Under the pieces are notes generated by a model. The model saw only the letters and a program-made list of their open reading frames with translations, was not told the DNA's origin and made no database searches. Positions 29,795-41,235 of a DNA stretch of 64,000 nt are shown piece by piece. Position 1 is the stretch's first letter. Every line of letters begins with the position of its first letter. This DNA is from an uncultured Acidimicrobiales bacterium (lineage in GTDB: Bacteria > Actinomycetota > Acidimicrobiia > Acidimicrobiales > SZUA-35), in NCBI GenBank assembly GCA_937922045.1, contig CAKZXA010000004.1, positions 42,878-106,877 on the forward strand, read 5' to 3'. The position numbers were made by a program, and so were the translations under genes.

Positions 29795-30517
29795 CTAGCT
29801 GCCGTGTTCGGCTAGTTGCTGGCTTCGAAGCTGCAGCATGTGCCACATGAGCGCAGAGTTTGAGCTCACCACTGGCTTACCGAGGATCCGTTGTGCCTCG
29901 TCGAGCACACCCGCCGTACGCAGGTTCGTACACGAAGCGAAGACGACGTCGCACTCTTCGTGACCAACATCAAGCATCGCTTTGAGCACGGACTCGTTGC
30001 TGATCCTGGCCACGTTTGGGTCCTCGGCTTCAAAGAATGAAGCCGACGACGTGACGCTGAAGCCATCGCCTTCGAGGTTGTCGATCATCGCCTGGGACAC
30101 CTCGGGAACGTAGGGTGTCAGCAAGCCGATGCGGCGAGCATCAAGGTCATTGAGCCTGGCCTTGACGGCCGTAAGCGGATTTGTCACTGCGACGTTGGGA
30201 AGGGCTCGCCGAACCGCTGCTGCGACTTCCGCCTCGCCAATCACGGTCGCTCCCGACGTGCAGGCGTAGGCGACCGTTCCGATGTGGGCATGATGCGGAA
30301 ACAGCTCGACGGCTCGAGGAATCTCCGCTTCCATGGCGCAAAGCGTCTCGGTCGTCACCTCGGTCGCGTTGGGGACACGACTGTGAAACAGCGCTACCCC
30401 TTCCGGCAGCCAGCCTCGGAACTCCTCTTCCAGCGTCTCGTCGGTCTGCAAGACCACAAGGCCTAGTGAAGAAAAGGGTTGATGGAAGACTGCACTGGTA
30501 TAGGTGACGTGCTTCAT
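29795..30517 (-). CDS. Maleate cis-trans isomerase / Asp-Glu racemase superfamily (EutA-like)
   Basis: LGLVVLQTDETLE, YACTSG, LLTPY, SCTNL (two catalytic Cys), PVVSSN. Confidence 0.88.
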   Translation of the reverse strand: MKHVTYTSAVFHQPFSSLGLVVLQTDETLEEEFRGWLPEGVALFHSRVPNATEVTTETLCAMEAEIPRAVELFPHHAHIGTVAYACTSGATVIGEAEVAAAVRRALPNVAVTNPLTAVKARLNDLDARRIGLLTPYVPEVSQAMIDNLEGDGFSVTSSASFFEAEDPNVARISNESVLKAMLDVGHEECDVVFASCTNLRTAGVLDEAQRILGKPVVSSNSALMWHMLQLRSQQLAEHGS

Positions 30518-30526
30518 AGGATCAAA

Positions 30527-32107
30527 CTAGCCACAGAGCTCTAGCAGTGCCTTGCGAGCTCGTTCCTTGCCGACGTTGTAGGAGAGCCAGTCCGGTTGGT
30601 CGTTCAAAGAGCCGGGGCTGATGTAGCACAACTCCTCCTGAACGGTTGCCGCTAGCTCCGGTGAGAGCCGATCGAGGCCTTCGGCCATCTTGGCCGCCCC
30701 ATCGCCGTGGAACTGGCTGTAACGCACATGCCAAGCCAAAACGTCCTGGTTTCGGTCGAGGTTGTTTTCGGCCACCAGCCGTTGCGGGTTGAACAGATTC
30801 AAACCGAACAGCATGACCACCCCGACCGCTGCGATCGCGGGGAACAACCAGGCCTGTGAGAGCCGGAAACCACGGAGCCGCAGTGCAAGCAAGCCAAAGG
30901 CAGCCGCTATCCATGCGGAGACGACAAAGGCGTAGAGACGGCGGGAGGTTAGTCCGCTGTCGTCGACGTAGAACGAGATTCGCATCACGGCTACGGCCAC
31001 GATCATGAGGGTCAATCCCACCGTGACATAGCCGCCGACGCGGGCGTTGCGACTCGCCCCCGCATGGTTACGAGACAAGACCTGCAAGGTCATCACGACG
31101 CCGAGGGTGATTGCTGCTACCCAAATGAGCTGGAAGAAGCCTTGCCGTGCGAACTGTTTCTGATCGAGGCCGGCTCGGGCCAAGGCTTCATCGGCGCCAC
31201 CGACGACGGTCAGCACCTGGGCCACGGCGAAGACACTGAACAGGGCCACGATGGCCCCCAGGATGACGCCAACCTCGACCGCGCCAAAGCGACCTTCGGT
31301 CAGGGGCCGGGTTTCGGAGTGCTCAAGAGTCGAGTAGCGGAGCAGGGCAGCCATGGCGACCGCGCCGATTGCGGCCAGAAACAGGTGGACGAAGATGCCA
31401 CCTCCACCGAGATTGACCGAGGTGAAGAAGGAGCGGAAGACAACGTCGGCCGAAGCCAGAAGCAGGCCGAGGATCAAGACGATCGGGGCTGCAATGGCAA
31501 CGCCGCGGACGGCTGCCTTGCTCGATGAGTCACCGGTTTCACCCCAGGTTCGATAGCGAGCCAAGGCCTCGGCCATGCCGACGAACGGGGTCACCACCAG
31601 CTGCTCAAAGAAGAGCACGCCCTCTTTCAGCACCGATCCTGGGCCTATGTCCCACAGCCGCTGGCGGGTACCGGTTGCTGCGCCGGCAGCGAGCAAGGAG
31701 AAGGCCACCACGAAATTGAACAAGGTCAGCAAGGGGTCGGTTCGCCAGGCAATAAATCCGCCGAATAGCACGGCCAGAGCCAGCAGAATCTTGGCCGATC
31801 GCGAGCGAACAAAGCCGGAGGCCAACAGTCCTACCGCCACCACCAGAACCAGTAGTGCGGTCGCCACGTTGTTCCACGGAGGCCGGCGGAGGGCCAGGTC
31901 GGCACAAACCGCGGCCGCGAGGACAGCAGCAACCCACACGGGCTTGAGCGGCGTCGGCGCTGGAGGTTCTTCGATTCGAAGCCGCTCAGCGGGCATGGGG
32001 ACAGCTATCGCGTCTTCCGATGGCGCTGGCGGGATGGCTACCGCCACCTCGGCCGCTGGATCACTGTCGGCACCGGACTCGGGACCAGGATTCTCACTAT
32101 CGCTCAT
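30527..32107 (-). CDS. DUF4153/DUF4173 multi-pass membrane protein
   Basis: LLASADVVF, FARQGFFQL, RISFYV...GLTSRRL, NPQRLVAENN. Confidence 0.85.
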   Translation of the reverse strand: MSDSENPGPESGADSDPAAEVAVAIPPAPSEDAIAVPMPAERLRIEEPPAPTPLKPVWVAAVLAAAVCADLALRRPPWNNVATALLVLVVAVGLLASGFVRSRSAKILLALAVLFGGFIAWRTDPLLTLFNFVVAFSLLAAGAATGTRQRLWDIGPGSVLKEGVLFFEQLVVTPFVGMAEALARYRTWGETGDSSSKAAVRGVAIAAPIVLILGLLLASADVVFRSFFTSVNLGGGGIFVHLFLAAIGAVAMAALLRYSTLEHSETRPLTEGRFGAVEVGVILGAIVALFSVFAVAQVLTVVGGADEALARAGLDQKQFARQGFFQLIWVAAITLGVVMTLQVLSRNHAGASRNARVGGYVTVGLTLMIVAVAVMRISFYVDDSGLTSRRLYAFVVSAWIAAAFGLLALRLRGFRLSQAWLFPAIAAVGVVMLFGLNLFNPQRLVAENNLDRNQDVLAWHVRYSQFHGDGAAKMAEGLDRLSPELAATVQEELCYISPGSLNDQPDWLSYNVGKERARKALLELCG

Positions 32108-32209
32108 TCGGGCACTCTCCTCTCCCGAAACAGTACTGCTGATACACAGCGCGAGAAAGGGCACTCCCCCCTGATTGGGCGAATCGACCCTAGGCCTTGG
32201 TCGGAGGGG

Positions 32210-35200
32210 CTAGAGCAGGTTTCCGTAGCGGTGCATGGTCCGACTGATGGCTTGTTCCCTCAGATAGTGAAGGAGTTCCACGCGCCCCTCGTCGGTGACC
32301 GGACCATCGGCGACATGAAGACCTAGCCGGTTCGCCACTGTGTGCAGTGCCTGCTCGGTGGTTCCAACCACCCGTACTCGGTCGACATCGAGCGATTCGA
32401 GCCTGGCCGCGAAGGCGCCAGCCGTTTCAGAAGATGCGTGAGATTCCACCAGCGCAACATCACAACGTTTTGCGGCTGCTCGCACCCTCTCGATCGCTTC
32501 GCCGGTGGCGTCGGACTCGACCCTCAACGCCACCCGACGAAGGGGGCGGTAGCGCAACACGTTCGCCTCGCAGAACAAACCGGTGGGGTCATGCTCTTGA
32601 GAAAATTCTGTGTTCCAAGCATCGGCGTCACTTCGCTGGGCCGCCTCGAGGTCGATCCCATCGACCGAATGCCAGGTGCCGAGTTGGGCCACATAGTTTG
32701 GACCACCCGCTTTGGCTCCTGGGCCGATAGCCGAACGCTTCCATCCGCCAAACGGCTGCCGCTGCACGATTGCGCCGGTGATGACGCGGTTGATGTAGAC
32801 GTTGCCTACCTCGACCTTGTCCAACCAGCGGTCGACCTCGGCATCATCCAGACTGTGGATGCCACCGGTGAGTCCGAAGGAAACACCATTTTGCATCGTC
32901 AGCGCCTCGCCGAGATCGCTTGCGTGCATTACGCCGAGCACTGGCCCGAAGCACTCGGTCTGATGGAACCAGCTGCCAGCTCGCACACCAAGCTTTACGC
33001 CTGGCGTCCAGGTTCGCGGCCCGAGGCGTCGAGGTTCGACCAGCCACTCCTCTCCCGGCTCCAGCGTGCTCAACGCACGCAGCAGCTTGCCGTCCGGCTC
33101 GTGAATCGTTGGCCCAAGGTTGGTGCCCAGATCGGCGGCGTCGCCAACCTGAAGGCTGGCTACCGCATCGCTCAGCTGACGGCGAAAGCGTTCCGAGGTG
33201 TACACGTCGCCAACACAGATCGCGAGGCTCGCAGCCGAGCATTTCTGGCCAGCATGGCCGAAGGCCGAAGCGACGAGGTCGGCGACGGCCAAATCGATGT
33301 CGGCGTTCGGTGTGATCACGAGGGCGTTCTTGCCCGACGTCTCAGCGAAGATTCGAAGATCGGGCTTCCATGATCGAAACAGTTCGGCGGTTTCGTAGGC
33401 CCCGGTAAGAATAATGCCATCGACACCCTGGTGGGTTATCAGATGGCGACCGGTGTCGTTGTCGGGTACTCGCAGAAACTGGACGACATCCCGCGGCACG
33501 CCAGCGGCCCAGCAGCATTCGGCAACGATCTCCGCACACCGGGGGGTCTCAGGCGGTGGTTTCAGAATGGCGGCGTTGCCCGCCGCTATCGAGCCCATCA
33601 CACCTCCGGTGCAAATGGCGACAGGGAAGTTCCAGGGGGGCACGATGGCCATCACACCGAGCGGCTCGAAGCGGACCGTCTCGTGGCCTTCAAGCCGTTC
33701 GGCCTGGCGGCCGTAGTAGCGAGCGAAGTCGATCGCTTCGGACACCTCAGGATCGGCTTGCTCGAACGTCTTGGATGCCTCGTAAACCATGGCCGAGATC
33801 AGGTCTCCGCGCCGGCGGTTCAACTCGTCGCCAACGGCGTGCAGAATCTTCGCCCGGTCGGCGACTGAACGGGCCGCCCAGGCGGCCTGGCCGGCGCGGG
33901 CGTTGGTCACGACACTGTCCACGGTGTCCATGTCGTCGACCATGGCGGACCGGGGCGGTGTTTCTCCAACGGCCACGACCTCGGCGGCCCATTGACGGTT
34001 GGCTGGGATCGAAGGGTCGGTGTCGGGTTCGTTGACGAAGCGATCGGTTTGGCCTGGCCCATCGTCGGGCTGTTGATCATCGTGGACGAGTCGATTCTGA
34101 ACTCTTCGAGGACCGAACTCCCCCGCCCACCGCTCCTCAACCGCTACACCAAACTTGGCCGCCTCGGCCTTGAAGGCAAGGTCGCCGGGCCGCATGGCAA
34201 AGAGGTGACGGATGAAGTTCTCGTCCGCCGCGTTCTCCTCCAACCGTCGGAACAGGTAGCTGATAGCCACATCAAAGTCGGTCTCAGCAACCGCCGGCGA
34301 GTACAACAACAACTCACCGGTCGCGGCCTTGGTGACACGAGCCTGCGCCGGCGCCATGCCCTGCAACATCTCGAACGAGACCCGTTCGGCGACCTTGCGT
34401 TGTTCGCTGAGCAGGTGAGCCCAAGCCACGTCGAAGAGGTTGTGAGAGGCAACACCAATACGGACCGAGCCCAACCGGTCAGGCGTCATCACCCAGTCGA
34501 GACACCGCTTGTAGTTCGCATCGGTTGCGGCCTTTGATGTGTACGGCGCTTGAGGCCAGCCAGCGATAGCGGCCTCGACCTTCTCCATGGCAAGGTTGGC
34601 TCCCTTCACCAGCCTCACCTTGATGACACCCCCGGAATACCCGTCGACCTGGCGGTCGCCGCGCTCGTTCGCCCACGCCACCAACTGCTGGAGTGCCTCC
34701 AGCGAGTCGGGTAGATAAGCCTGGATGACGATGCCAGCATCGACTCGATGAAATTCGGGCTCGTCGAGCAGGGCCATGAAGGCTGTCATGGTCAACTCCA
34801 GGTCGTGGTACTCCTCCATGTCTAGGTTGATGAAGGTGCGAGGCGAGGTTGCCGCCGCCTTTCTGAACAAGGGGCGGAGGCGATCGATGACCCGTTGCAC
34901 CGACGTGGCGTAGTCCCAATAGTTGAGCTGCGACACCACGGCCGATGTCTTTACCGACACATAGTCGACGTCGGGCTGGTCGAGCAGTGTCATTGCTTCG
35001 CGGTGCCTTCGATCGGCCTCGGCCTCCCCCAACACCGCTTCACCCAGCAGGTTGACGTTGAGTCCGAAACCCTCGCCGCGCCGCGACGAGAGGTAGCGAC
35101 CCATCGCTTCCTGCTCGGCGTCGATGACGAGGTGTTTCACCATGCCGCGCATTCGCCGGACAGCCAGCGGGATGACGATTCCCGGCAAGACCGGGGCCAG

Positions 35201-35539
35201 GCGGGCACCAGCCCGAAGCAACATCTTGTCGGCGGCAGACAGAAAGTCGGGCAAGGGGCTTTCTTCGACGAGCGAGACGAGCTGATGAGCTGCCGTCGAC
35301 GAATCCTCTGGCCGGATGACGCGATCGACGAAACCCATGGCGAACTTGACGCCGGCAGCGTCTGCAACCACGCCCTGGAGCTGAAGATTCTGGCGCCGCT
35401 CCGCACGGGTAACTGCCGCCTCGGCTTCGTCCAACCAGACGGCGACGAGAGCCGATGCCTCGTCGACCAGAAGCCGATCGGATCCGTAGGGCAGCTCGTT
35501 CTGTTCGGGTTCGGACATCGCCATGGAGCTCGCAGTCAT
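32210..35539 (-). CDS. putA: Bifunctional proline dehydrogenase / P5C dehydrogenase
   Basis: NVNLLGE, LDMEEY, RLVKGAN, YLFRRLEEN; ALDH part PWNFP, AETSGKN, GQKCSA, ECFGP. Confidence 0.95.
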   Translation of the reverse strand: MTASSMAMSEPEQNELPYGSDRLLVDEASALVAVWLDEAEAAVTRAERRQNLQLQGVVADAAGVKFAMGFVDRVIRPEDSSTAAHQLVSLVEESPLPDFLSAADKMLLRAGARLAPVLPGIVIPLAVRRMRGMVKHLVIDAEQEAMGRYLSSRRGEGFGLNVNLLGEAVLGEAEADRRHREAMTLLDQPDVDYVSVKTSAVVSQLNYWDYATSVQRVIDRLRPLFRKAAATSPRTFINLDMEEYHDLELTMTAFMALLDEPEFHRVDAGIVIQAYLPDSLEALQQLVAWANERGDRQVDGYSGGVIKVRLVKGANLAMEKVEAAIAGWPQAPYTSKAATDANYKRCLDWVMTPDRLGSVRIGVASHNLFDVAWAHLLSEQRKVAERVSFEMLQGMAPAQARVTKAATGELLLYSPAVAETDFDVAISYLFRRLEENAADENFIRHLFAMRPGDLAFKAEAAKFGVAVEERWAGEFGPRRVQNRLVHDDQQPDDGPGQTDRFVNEPDTDPSIPANRQWAAEVVAVGETPPRSAMVDDMDTVDSVVTNARAGQAAWAARSVADRAKILHAVGDELNRRRGDLISAMVYEASKTFEQADPEVSEAIDFARYYGRQAERLEGHETVRFEPLGVMAIVPPWNFPVAICTGGVMGSIAAGNAAILKPPPETPRCAEIVAECCWAAGVPRDVVQFLRVPDNDTGRHLITHQGVDGIILTGAYETAELFRSWKPDLRIFAETSGKNALVITPNADIDLAVADLVASAFGHAGQKCSAASLAICVGDVYTSERFRRQLSDAVASLQVGDAADLGTNLGPTIHEPDGKLLRALSTLEPGEEWLVEPRRLGPRTWTPGVKLGVRAGSWFHQTECFGPVLGVMHASDLGEALTMQNGVSFGLTGGIHSLDDAEVDRWLDKVEVGNVYINRVITGAIVQRQPFGGWKRSAIGPGAKAGGPNYVAQLGTWHSVDGIDLEAAQRSDADAWNTEFSQEHDPTGLFCEANVLRYRPLRRVALRVESDATGEAIERVRAAAKRCDVALVESHASSETAGAFAARLESLDVDRVRVVGTTEQALHTVANRLGLHVADGPVTDEGRVELLHYLREQAISRTMHRYGNLL

Positions 35540-35649
35540 AGGTCAAGGCTGTCATGGCCCCAGCTTGCGGTATTGCACGATTCGGCCGGTTACACCGTCA
35601 GATCAGGCCAAACTGGGGCGGCTACAGGTGCTGATACCATCGGCTGATA

Positions 35650-36414
35650 GTGGCCGAATCCAAGCAAGCGGCGATGCAGAGCCCCCAGCCGACGGGCCTG
35701 TTCGCCTGCCAGCGGGAACTCCTTGAGCTGTTCGAGGTCCTCGTCGACGTCATCTTCTGCGCCAAAGACCGCGAGGGACGGTATGTGGCGGTGAACCAGG
35801 CCTTCGTGCGCCGCACCGAGAGAAGTTCGAAGCGGGAGGTCGTCGGTGCTCGCGCCTCGGACCTCTTCGACCCCCTCCTCGCCGAGCGCTACGAGGAGCA
35901 GGATGCCCAGGTCTTCTCCAGTGGCGAGCCTCTACGAGACCAGCTCGAACTGATCCGCCGCGTCGATGGCTCGCTCGGCTGGTACCTCACCTTCAAACAA
36001 CCGGTCGGCGCCGATGGGCTGGTCAGCATCAGCCGCGACCTGGGAACACCAAGCCGCCAGGCGGTGGCCATGGAGTCGCTGAATCAGCTGATCGACTTCA
36101 TGCATGAGAACATGGCCGACACAATCCGGCTGGCCGAGATGGCCAAGGTGGCTGGGTGTACCGAGTCACAACTCGACCGCCGAGTTCGCAAGGTGTTCGG
36201 CATGTCACCAACCCAGCTATTGTTGCGGACCAGGGTTGAACAGGCCGCTCATTTGCTGACCGAGACAGATCACCCGTTGGCCGAGATCGCTCTTACCGTC
36301 GGGTTCTATGACCAGGCCGACTTCACTCGGCGTTTCGCTCGGCTGACCAACGCAACACCGGCCCGATTCAGGACGCAATCCCGCCTACATAGCGATCAAC
36401 GTCGCGGCGGTTAG
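35650..36414 (+). CDS. PAS-domain AraC-family regulator
   Basis: KDREGRYVAVN PAS segment; IALTVGFYDQADFTRRF...TPARFR HTH; start uncertain. Confidence 0.9.
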   Translation: MAESKQAAMQSPQPTGLFACQRELLELFEVLVDVIFCAKDREGRYVAVNQAFVRRTERSSKREVVGARASDLFDPLLAERYEEQDAQVFSSGEPLRDQLELIRRVDGSLGWYLTFKQPVGADGLVSISRDLGTPSRQAVAMESLNQLIDFMHENMADTIRLAEMAKVAGCTESQLDRRVRKVFGMSPTQLLLRTRVEQAAHLLTETDHPLAEIALTVGFYDQADFTRRFARLTNATPARFRTQSRLHSDQRRGG

Positions 36415-36427
36415 GACAGGAGAAGCA

Positions 36428-37078
36428 ATGGCCTTGGAGATAGTTGGCGCCGGTTTCGGCCGAACGGGCACCATGTCGTTGAAGGCAGCTCTTGAGCAGC
36501 TGGGCTACCACAAGTGCTACCACATGATGGAAGTCGAGCCGCAGCATCTTGAGGTCTGGCGAGACGCTCAGGCCGGGCGGCCTGTGGAATGGGATGCTCT
36601 TTTCGACGGCTACAAGGCTTCGGTCGACTGGCCATCTTGCAACTCGTGGCACGAGCTGATGACGTACTACCCACAGGCGAAGGTTATTCTGACAACCCGC
36701 GATCCACAACAGTGGTATCGCAGCGTGATGAAAACGATCTATCCGAGTTCCACCTACGGTCTGACCTCAGAGGACCCCAAACGCCGAGCCGGCTCCGAAT
36801 GGGGCAGAGACATTATCTGGGACGGGGTATTCGACGGCCGCCTCGACGATGACGCCCATGTGATCGATGTGTTTAATCGCCACAACGAGAACGTTAGACA
36901 GACCGTGCCTGCCGATCGCCTCCTCGAGTATCAACCGGGCGACGGGTGGGAACCCCTCTGCGCCTTCCTCGGCTGCGAGGTTCCCGAAAGCTCATACCCG
37001 CGGACGAACAGCACCGAAGACTTTCTGGCCCGTTGGAGTGAGCGAACCGGCGTGGATGCCGACGAGTTGGCTACCTGA
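36428..37078 (+). CDS. Sulfotransferase-family (P-loop) protein
   Basis: GAGFGRTGTMSLKAALEQLG..CYHM, DWP, GWEPLCAFLG, PRTN. Confidence 0.88.
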   Translation: MALEIVGAGFGRTGTMSLKAALEQLGYHKCYHMMEVEPQHLEVWRDAQAGRPVEWDALFDGYKASVDWPSCNSWHELMTYYPQAKVILTTRDPQQWYRSVMKTIYPSSTYGLTSEDPKRRAGSEWGRDIIWDGVFDGRLDDDAHVIDVFNRHNENVRQTVPADRLLEYQPGDGWEPLCAFLGCEVPESSYPRTNSTEDFLARWSERTGVDADELAT

Positions 37079-38258
37079 CCGTTCGCCTAGCGTCGACCGG
37101 CAACGGGCTACGCCCAAGCGGTAGGCACACGGCCAGGCGGCCGCCGGGAGGGGCTTCGATCTCGATCGTGCCGCCGTGAGACTCGACAAGGCCCTTAGCG
37201 ATGGCGAGACCGAGTCCGGTTCCTCCCGAGGCGCGGCTCCGGCTCGAGTCGGCGCGGGCAAAACGTTCGAAAGCGTGGGCCACGAAATCGTCGGGGAATC
37301 CCGGACCCTCGTCGACCACCCTGACCACGGCGCGGTCGCCAGGATCGACCGACCACATCACCGAGACACGCACCGTCGACCCGTCGGGCGAGTGGCGGAT
37401 GGCATTGTCGAGGAGGTTGCGCAACACCCGACCGAGCGCCGCGGCGTTGCCGACAACAGGAACAGCATGGCTCGATGCAAGTTTGATCGACACACCACGC
37501 TTCTGGGCCAAAGGGGCCATTGCTTCAGCGGTTTCGTCAACCAGCTCGGCCAAGTCGACCGGGTCGAAGCCCATGTTGAGCAGGCCTGAATCCAGTTGGG
37601 AGAGCAGGAAGAGGTCGTCGACGAGAAGGCTTAGGGTCTCCAGATCCCGGGTGATCGAGCGAAGGTAGCGGGCAGGGTCGGGGGCGACGCCATCCACCAA
37701 GGCCTCGACCGCAGCCCGAATGGCGCTGATCGGTGTTCGTAGGTCGTGGCTAATACTGGAGATCAGAACCCGCCGCTCAGCGTCGACAGCGGCGCGCTGG
37801 CGTTCCACGGCCATGCGTTTCGACTCCACCAGCTCAAGCTGCTGGCCCAGATCGTCGACGGCGGCCGCTACCGATCCAAGCTCATCGAAACGTCCAAGTC
37901 CTCGCCCAAGAACGGATGCCTCCATCGACTCGCCTTGTTGAAGGTGCCGCACCGCCACCTCGATCTTGTCGACATCGGCCCGCAGCGAACCGGTGGCGAC
38001 GACGACGAGTATCACCACGAACGGCAAGGCCATTCCCAACACGGCGAGCACGCCGTTTAGTGTTCCGGAATCGAGCACCATGAATCGGGCCAGGGCGACG
38101 GCGGCAACAGCGGCGATCGCCAACGAGACAAAGGTGATCACCAAAACCTGGGTCCGGAGAGAACCCAGCAGACGGGCGTAGCGGCGTAGCGCAAACGCGA
38201 CAACGAGGGTGTCGGCGCCGACCACCAGGGCTCCCGTCGCCAACATCGACAGTTTCAT
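37071..38258 (-). CDS. HAMP sensor histidine kinase
   Basis: Start MKLSMLATG; TMs; SHDLRTP, NLLDNAIRH, DEGPG, GGTGLGL. Confidence 0.92.
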   Translation of the reverse strand: MKLSMLATGALVVGADTLVVAFALRRYARLLGSLRTQVLVITFVSLAIAAVAAVALARFMVLDSGTLNGVLAVLGMALPFVVILVVVATGSLRADVDKIEVAVRHLQQGESMEASVLGRGLGRFDELGSVAAAVDDLGQQLELVESKRMAVERQRAAVDAERRVLISSISHDLRTPISAIRAAVEALVDGVAPDPARYLRSITRDLETLSLLVDDLFLLSQLDSGLLNMGFDPVDLAELVDETAEAMAPLAQKRGVSIKLASSHAVPVVGNAAALGRVLRNLLDNAIRHSPDGSTVRVSVMWSVDPGDRAVVRVVDEGPGFPDDFVAHAFERFARADSSRSRASGGTGLGLAIAKGLVESHGGTIEIEAPPGGRLAVCLPLGRSPLPVDARRTVR

Positions 38259-38313
38259 AGCCCGACGTTCACTGGCGCTGCGTCCACCAACGCTACGGTC
38301 AGTAGAGCGAAGC

Positions 38314-39039
38314 TCATGGCTCGAAGCGGTAGCCAACACCGCGAGCTGTCCGAACCCACCGGGGTGAGCTGGGGTTGGTCTCAATCTTTTGGCGCAGCCG
38401 TCCAACATGGACGGTGACGGTGGCCGGGTCCTGGAAATCGGGTGAAGATTCCCACACGAGGTCGAGCAACTGGCGGCGACTGAAGACGCGGCGAGGCTCG
38501 CTGGCCAAGGTGAGGAGAAGTTCGAACTCCTTCGGTGTGAGTTCCACTGTCGCCCCGTCGACGAAGACATCGCGAGAAACGGGGTCGATGCTCAGTCCTT
38601 CGTAGTCGAGTCTCTCCGGCTGGTCGGAGCCAACGATGCTGGATCGACGAAGAACCGACCGGACGCGAGCTGCCAGTTCGCGAGGCGAAAATGGCTTGAT
38701 GACATAGTCGTCGGCACCGATTTCGAGGCCAACGATGCGGTCAACCTCATCAGCCCTGGCCGTGAGCATGATGACGGGGATATCCCATTGCGATCGGATG
38801 TGGCGCAACAACTCGAAGCCGTCGAGTCCCGGCAGCATCACATCGAGCACAACAAGATCGGGCCTGCTGGCCGAAAGCCACTCGAGGGCATCCGCACCAT
38901 CCGCCAACTCGATCACACGAAAATTGTCTCGTTCAAGGTAGCGGGCTACAACTTCACGCACCATCGGCTCATCATCGACAATAAGCACGGTCCCGCTGGT
39001 GGCACCGGTCGTCGGGCCGGGGTCTGGCACCTGGTTCAC
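38314..39039 (-). CDS. OmpR-family response regulator
   Basis: VDDE, DVMLP, GADDY.KPFS, LTPKEF, TARGVGYRF; GTG start after TACCCT-N6. Confidence 0.95.
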   Translation of the reverse strand: MNQVPDPGPTTGATSGTVLIVDDEPMVREVVARYLERDNFRVIELADGADALEWLSASRPDLVVLDVMLPGLDGFELLRHIRSQWDIPVIMLTARADEVDRIVGLEIGADDYVIKPFSPRELAARVRSVLRRSSIVGSDQPERLDYEGLSIDPVSRDVFVDGATVELTPKEFELLLTLASEPRRVFSRRQLLDLVWESSPDFQDPATVTVHVGRLRQKIETNPSSPRWVRTARGVGYRFEP

Positions 39040-39186
39040 AGCCTTAGGGTAACCCAGCGGTTGCGTTGAACGGATACCGCATGGGAGGACGGGGACGTAA
39101 TCGATTGGATGGGTGCAGCGGGCGAGCGGTGGGGCGCCTATGATGCCCACCACACCCATACCAGTTCCGGTTGACCGGGCTCGTCG

Positions 39187-39633
39187 TTACTTGACCGGCA
39201 AGAGGGGGCACGAGAAGTAGGTGCCAGCCTCGACCGCGCTGAGCAGTCCAGCCTCGATGTACATGTCGACATCGGCCTTGCTGGTCAGCTCGACGGCAGC
39301 TGAGGGATCGCTCCACGTCACTTCGACAACAGCCCAACGGCCGCCGTTGTACCCACGGCCGGGTGCCGCCTCGGCCACAGGACGCTGGCCTTCTACGCCG
39401 TTGGTGGCCACATAGAGATCATCAAACGAGTGGCGGTTCCTGGCATTTGGTGCGGGCAGCGCACCATTGAGGTTGGTGCCATAAAGCGCGCCATCAGCGT
39501 AGAGGGCGCCTTCGAAGATCGCCGGTCGGCTGGCCTGGTCTCCATTAGATTCAGCCGAGGCTGGCGCTACGGCGAATAGCGATGCGACAGCAAAGGCCGT
39601 TGAGACAACAACGGCGCGGGTTCGAGACTTCAT
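39187..39633 (-). CDS. Small secreted protein of unknown function
   Basis: AGGAG RBS; signal peptide ending APASA; APGRGYNGGRW..V.VTW and C-terminal FSCPLLP. Confidence 0.8.
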   Translation of the reverse strand: MKSRTRAVVVSTAFAVASLFAVAPASAESNGDQASRPAIFEGALYADGALYGTNLNGALPAPNARNRHSFDDLYVATNGVEGQRPVAEAAPGRGYNGGRWAVVEVTWSDPSAAVELTSKADVDMYIEAGLLSAVEAGTYFSCPLLPVK

Positions 39634-39668
39634 AGGAGAACTCCTTTTGAGGAGGGTACAAAAAGAGT

Positions 39669-39700
39669 TTCGTTGAGCCACCTATCGGTGGCTCAACGAA
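39669..39700 (-). terminator. Intrinsic terminator downstream of the acyl-CoA dehydrogenase
   Basis: ttcgttgagccacc-tatc-ggtggctcaacgaa 14-bp inverted repeat; actctttt follows on the minus strand. Confidence 0.75.
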
Positions 39701-39753
39701 TCACGAACAATTCTCGAAACTTTCCTTGCGGCCCAGATCGGGCCGCTACCCAC

Positions 39754-41073
<1,320 letters not shown>

Positions 41074-41235
41074 CGAAATTCCTTCCTTTAGGCGGCTGGA
41101 TCCCGGGCGATCCTGCTCGCTAGTCTCTCGTCGCAGCGATCTCGTGCTCCGGCATACTCGGTCGATCTTAGACCAGGGCCGAGAGCTGTACCCATTCCGC
41201 CCAACCCGAGGTCTAAAGCTCCTAGCCTGGCATCG

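Noticed and set aside
32342..33373. Long antisense ORFs (this one; also 416-1246, 16571-17446, 21731-22885, 25289-26158, 40234-41034)
   Set aside because: Shadow frames of well-supported genes, expected at high GC; no recognisable motifs
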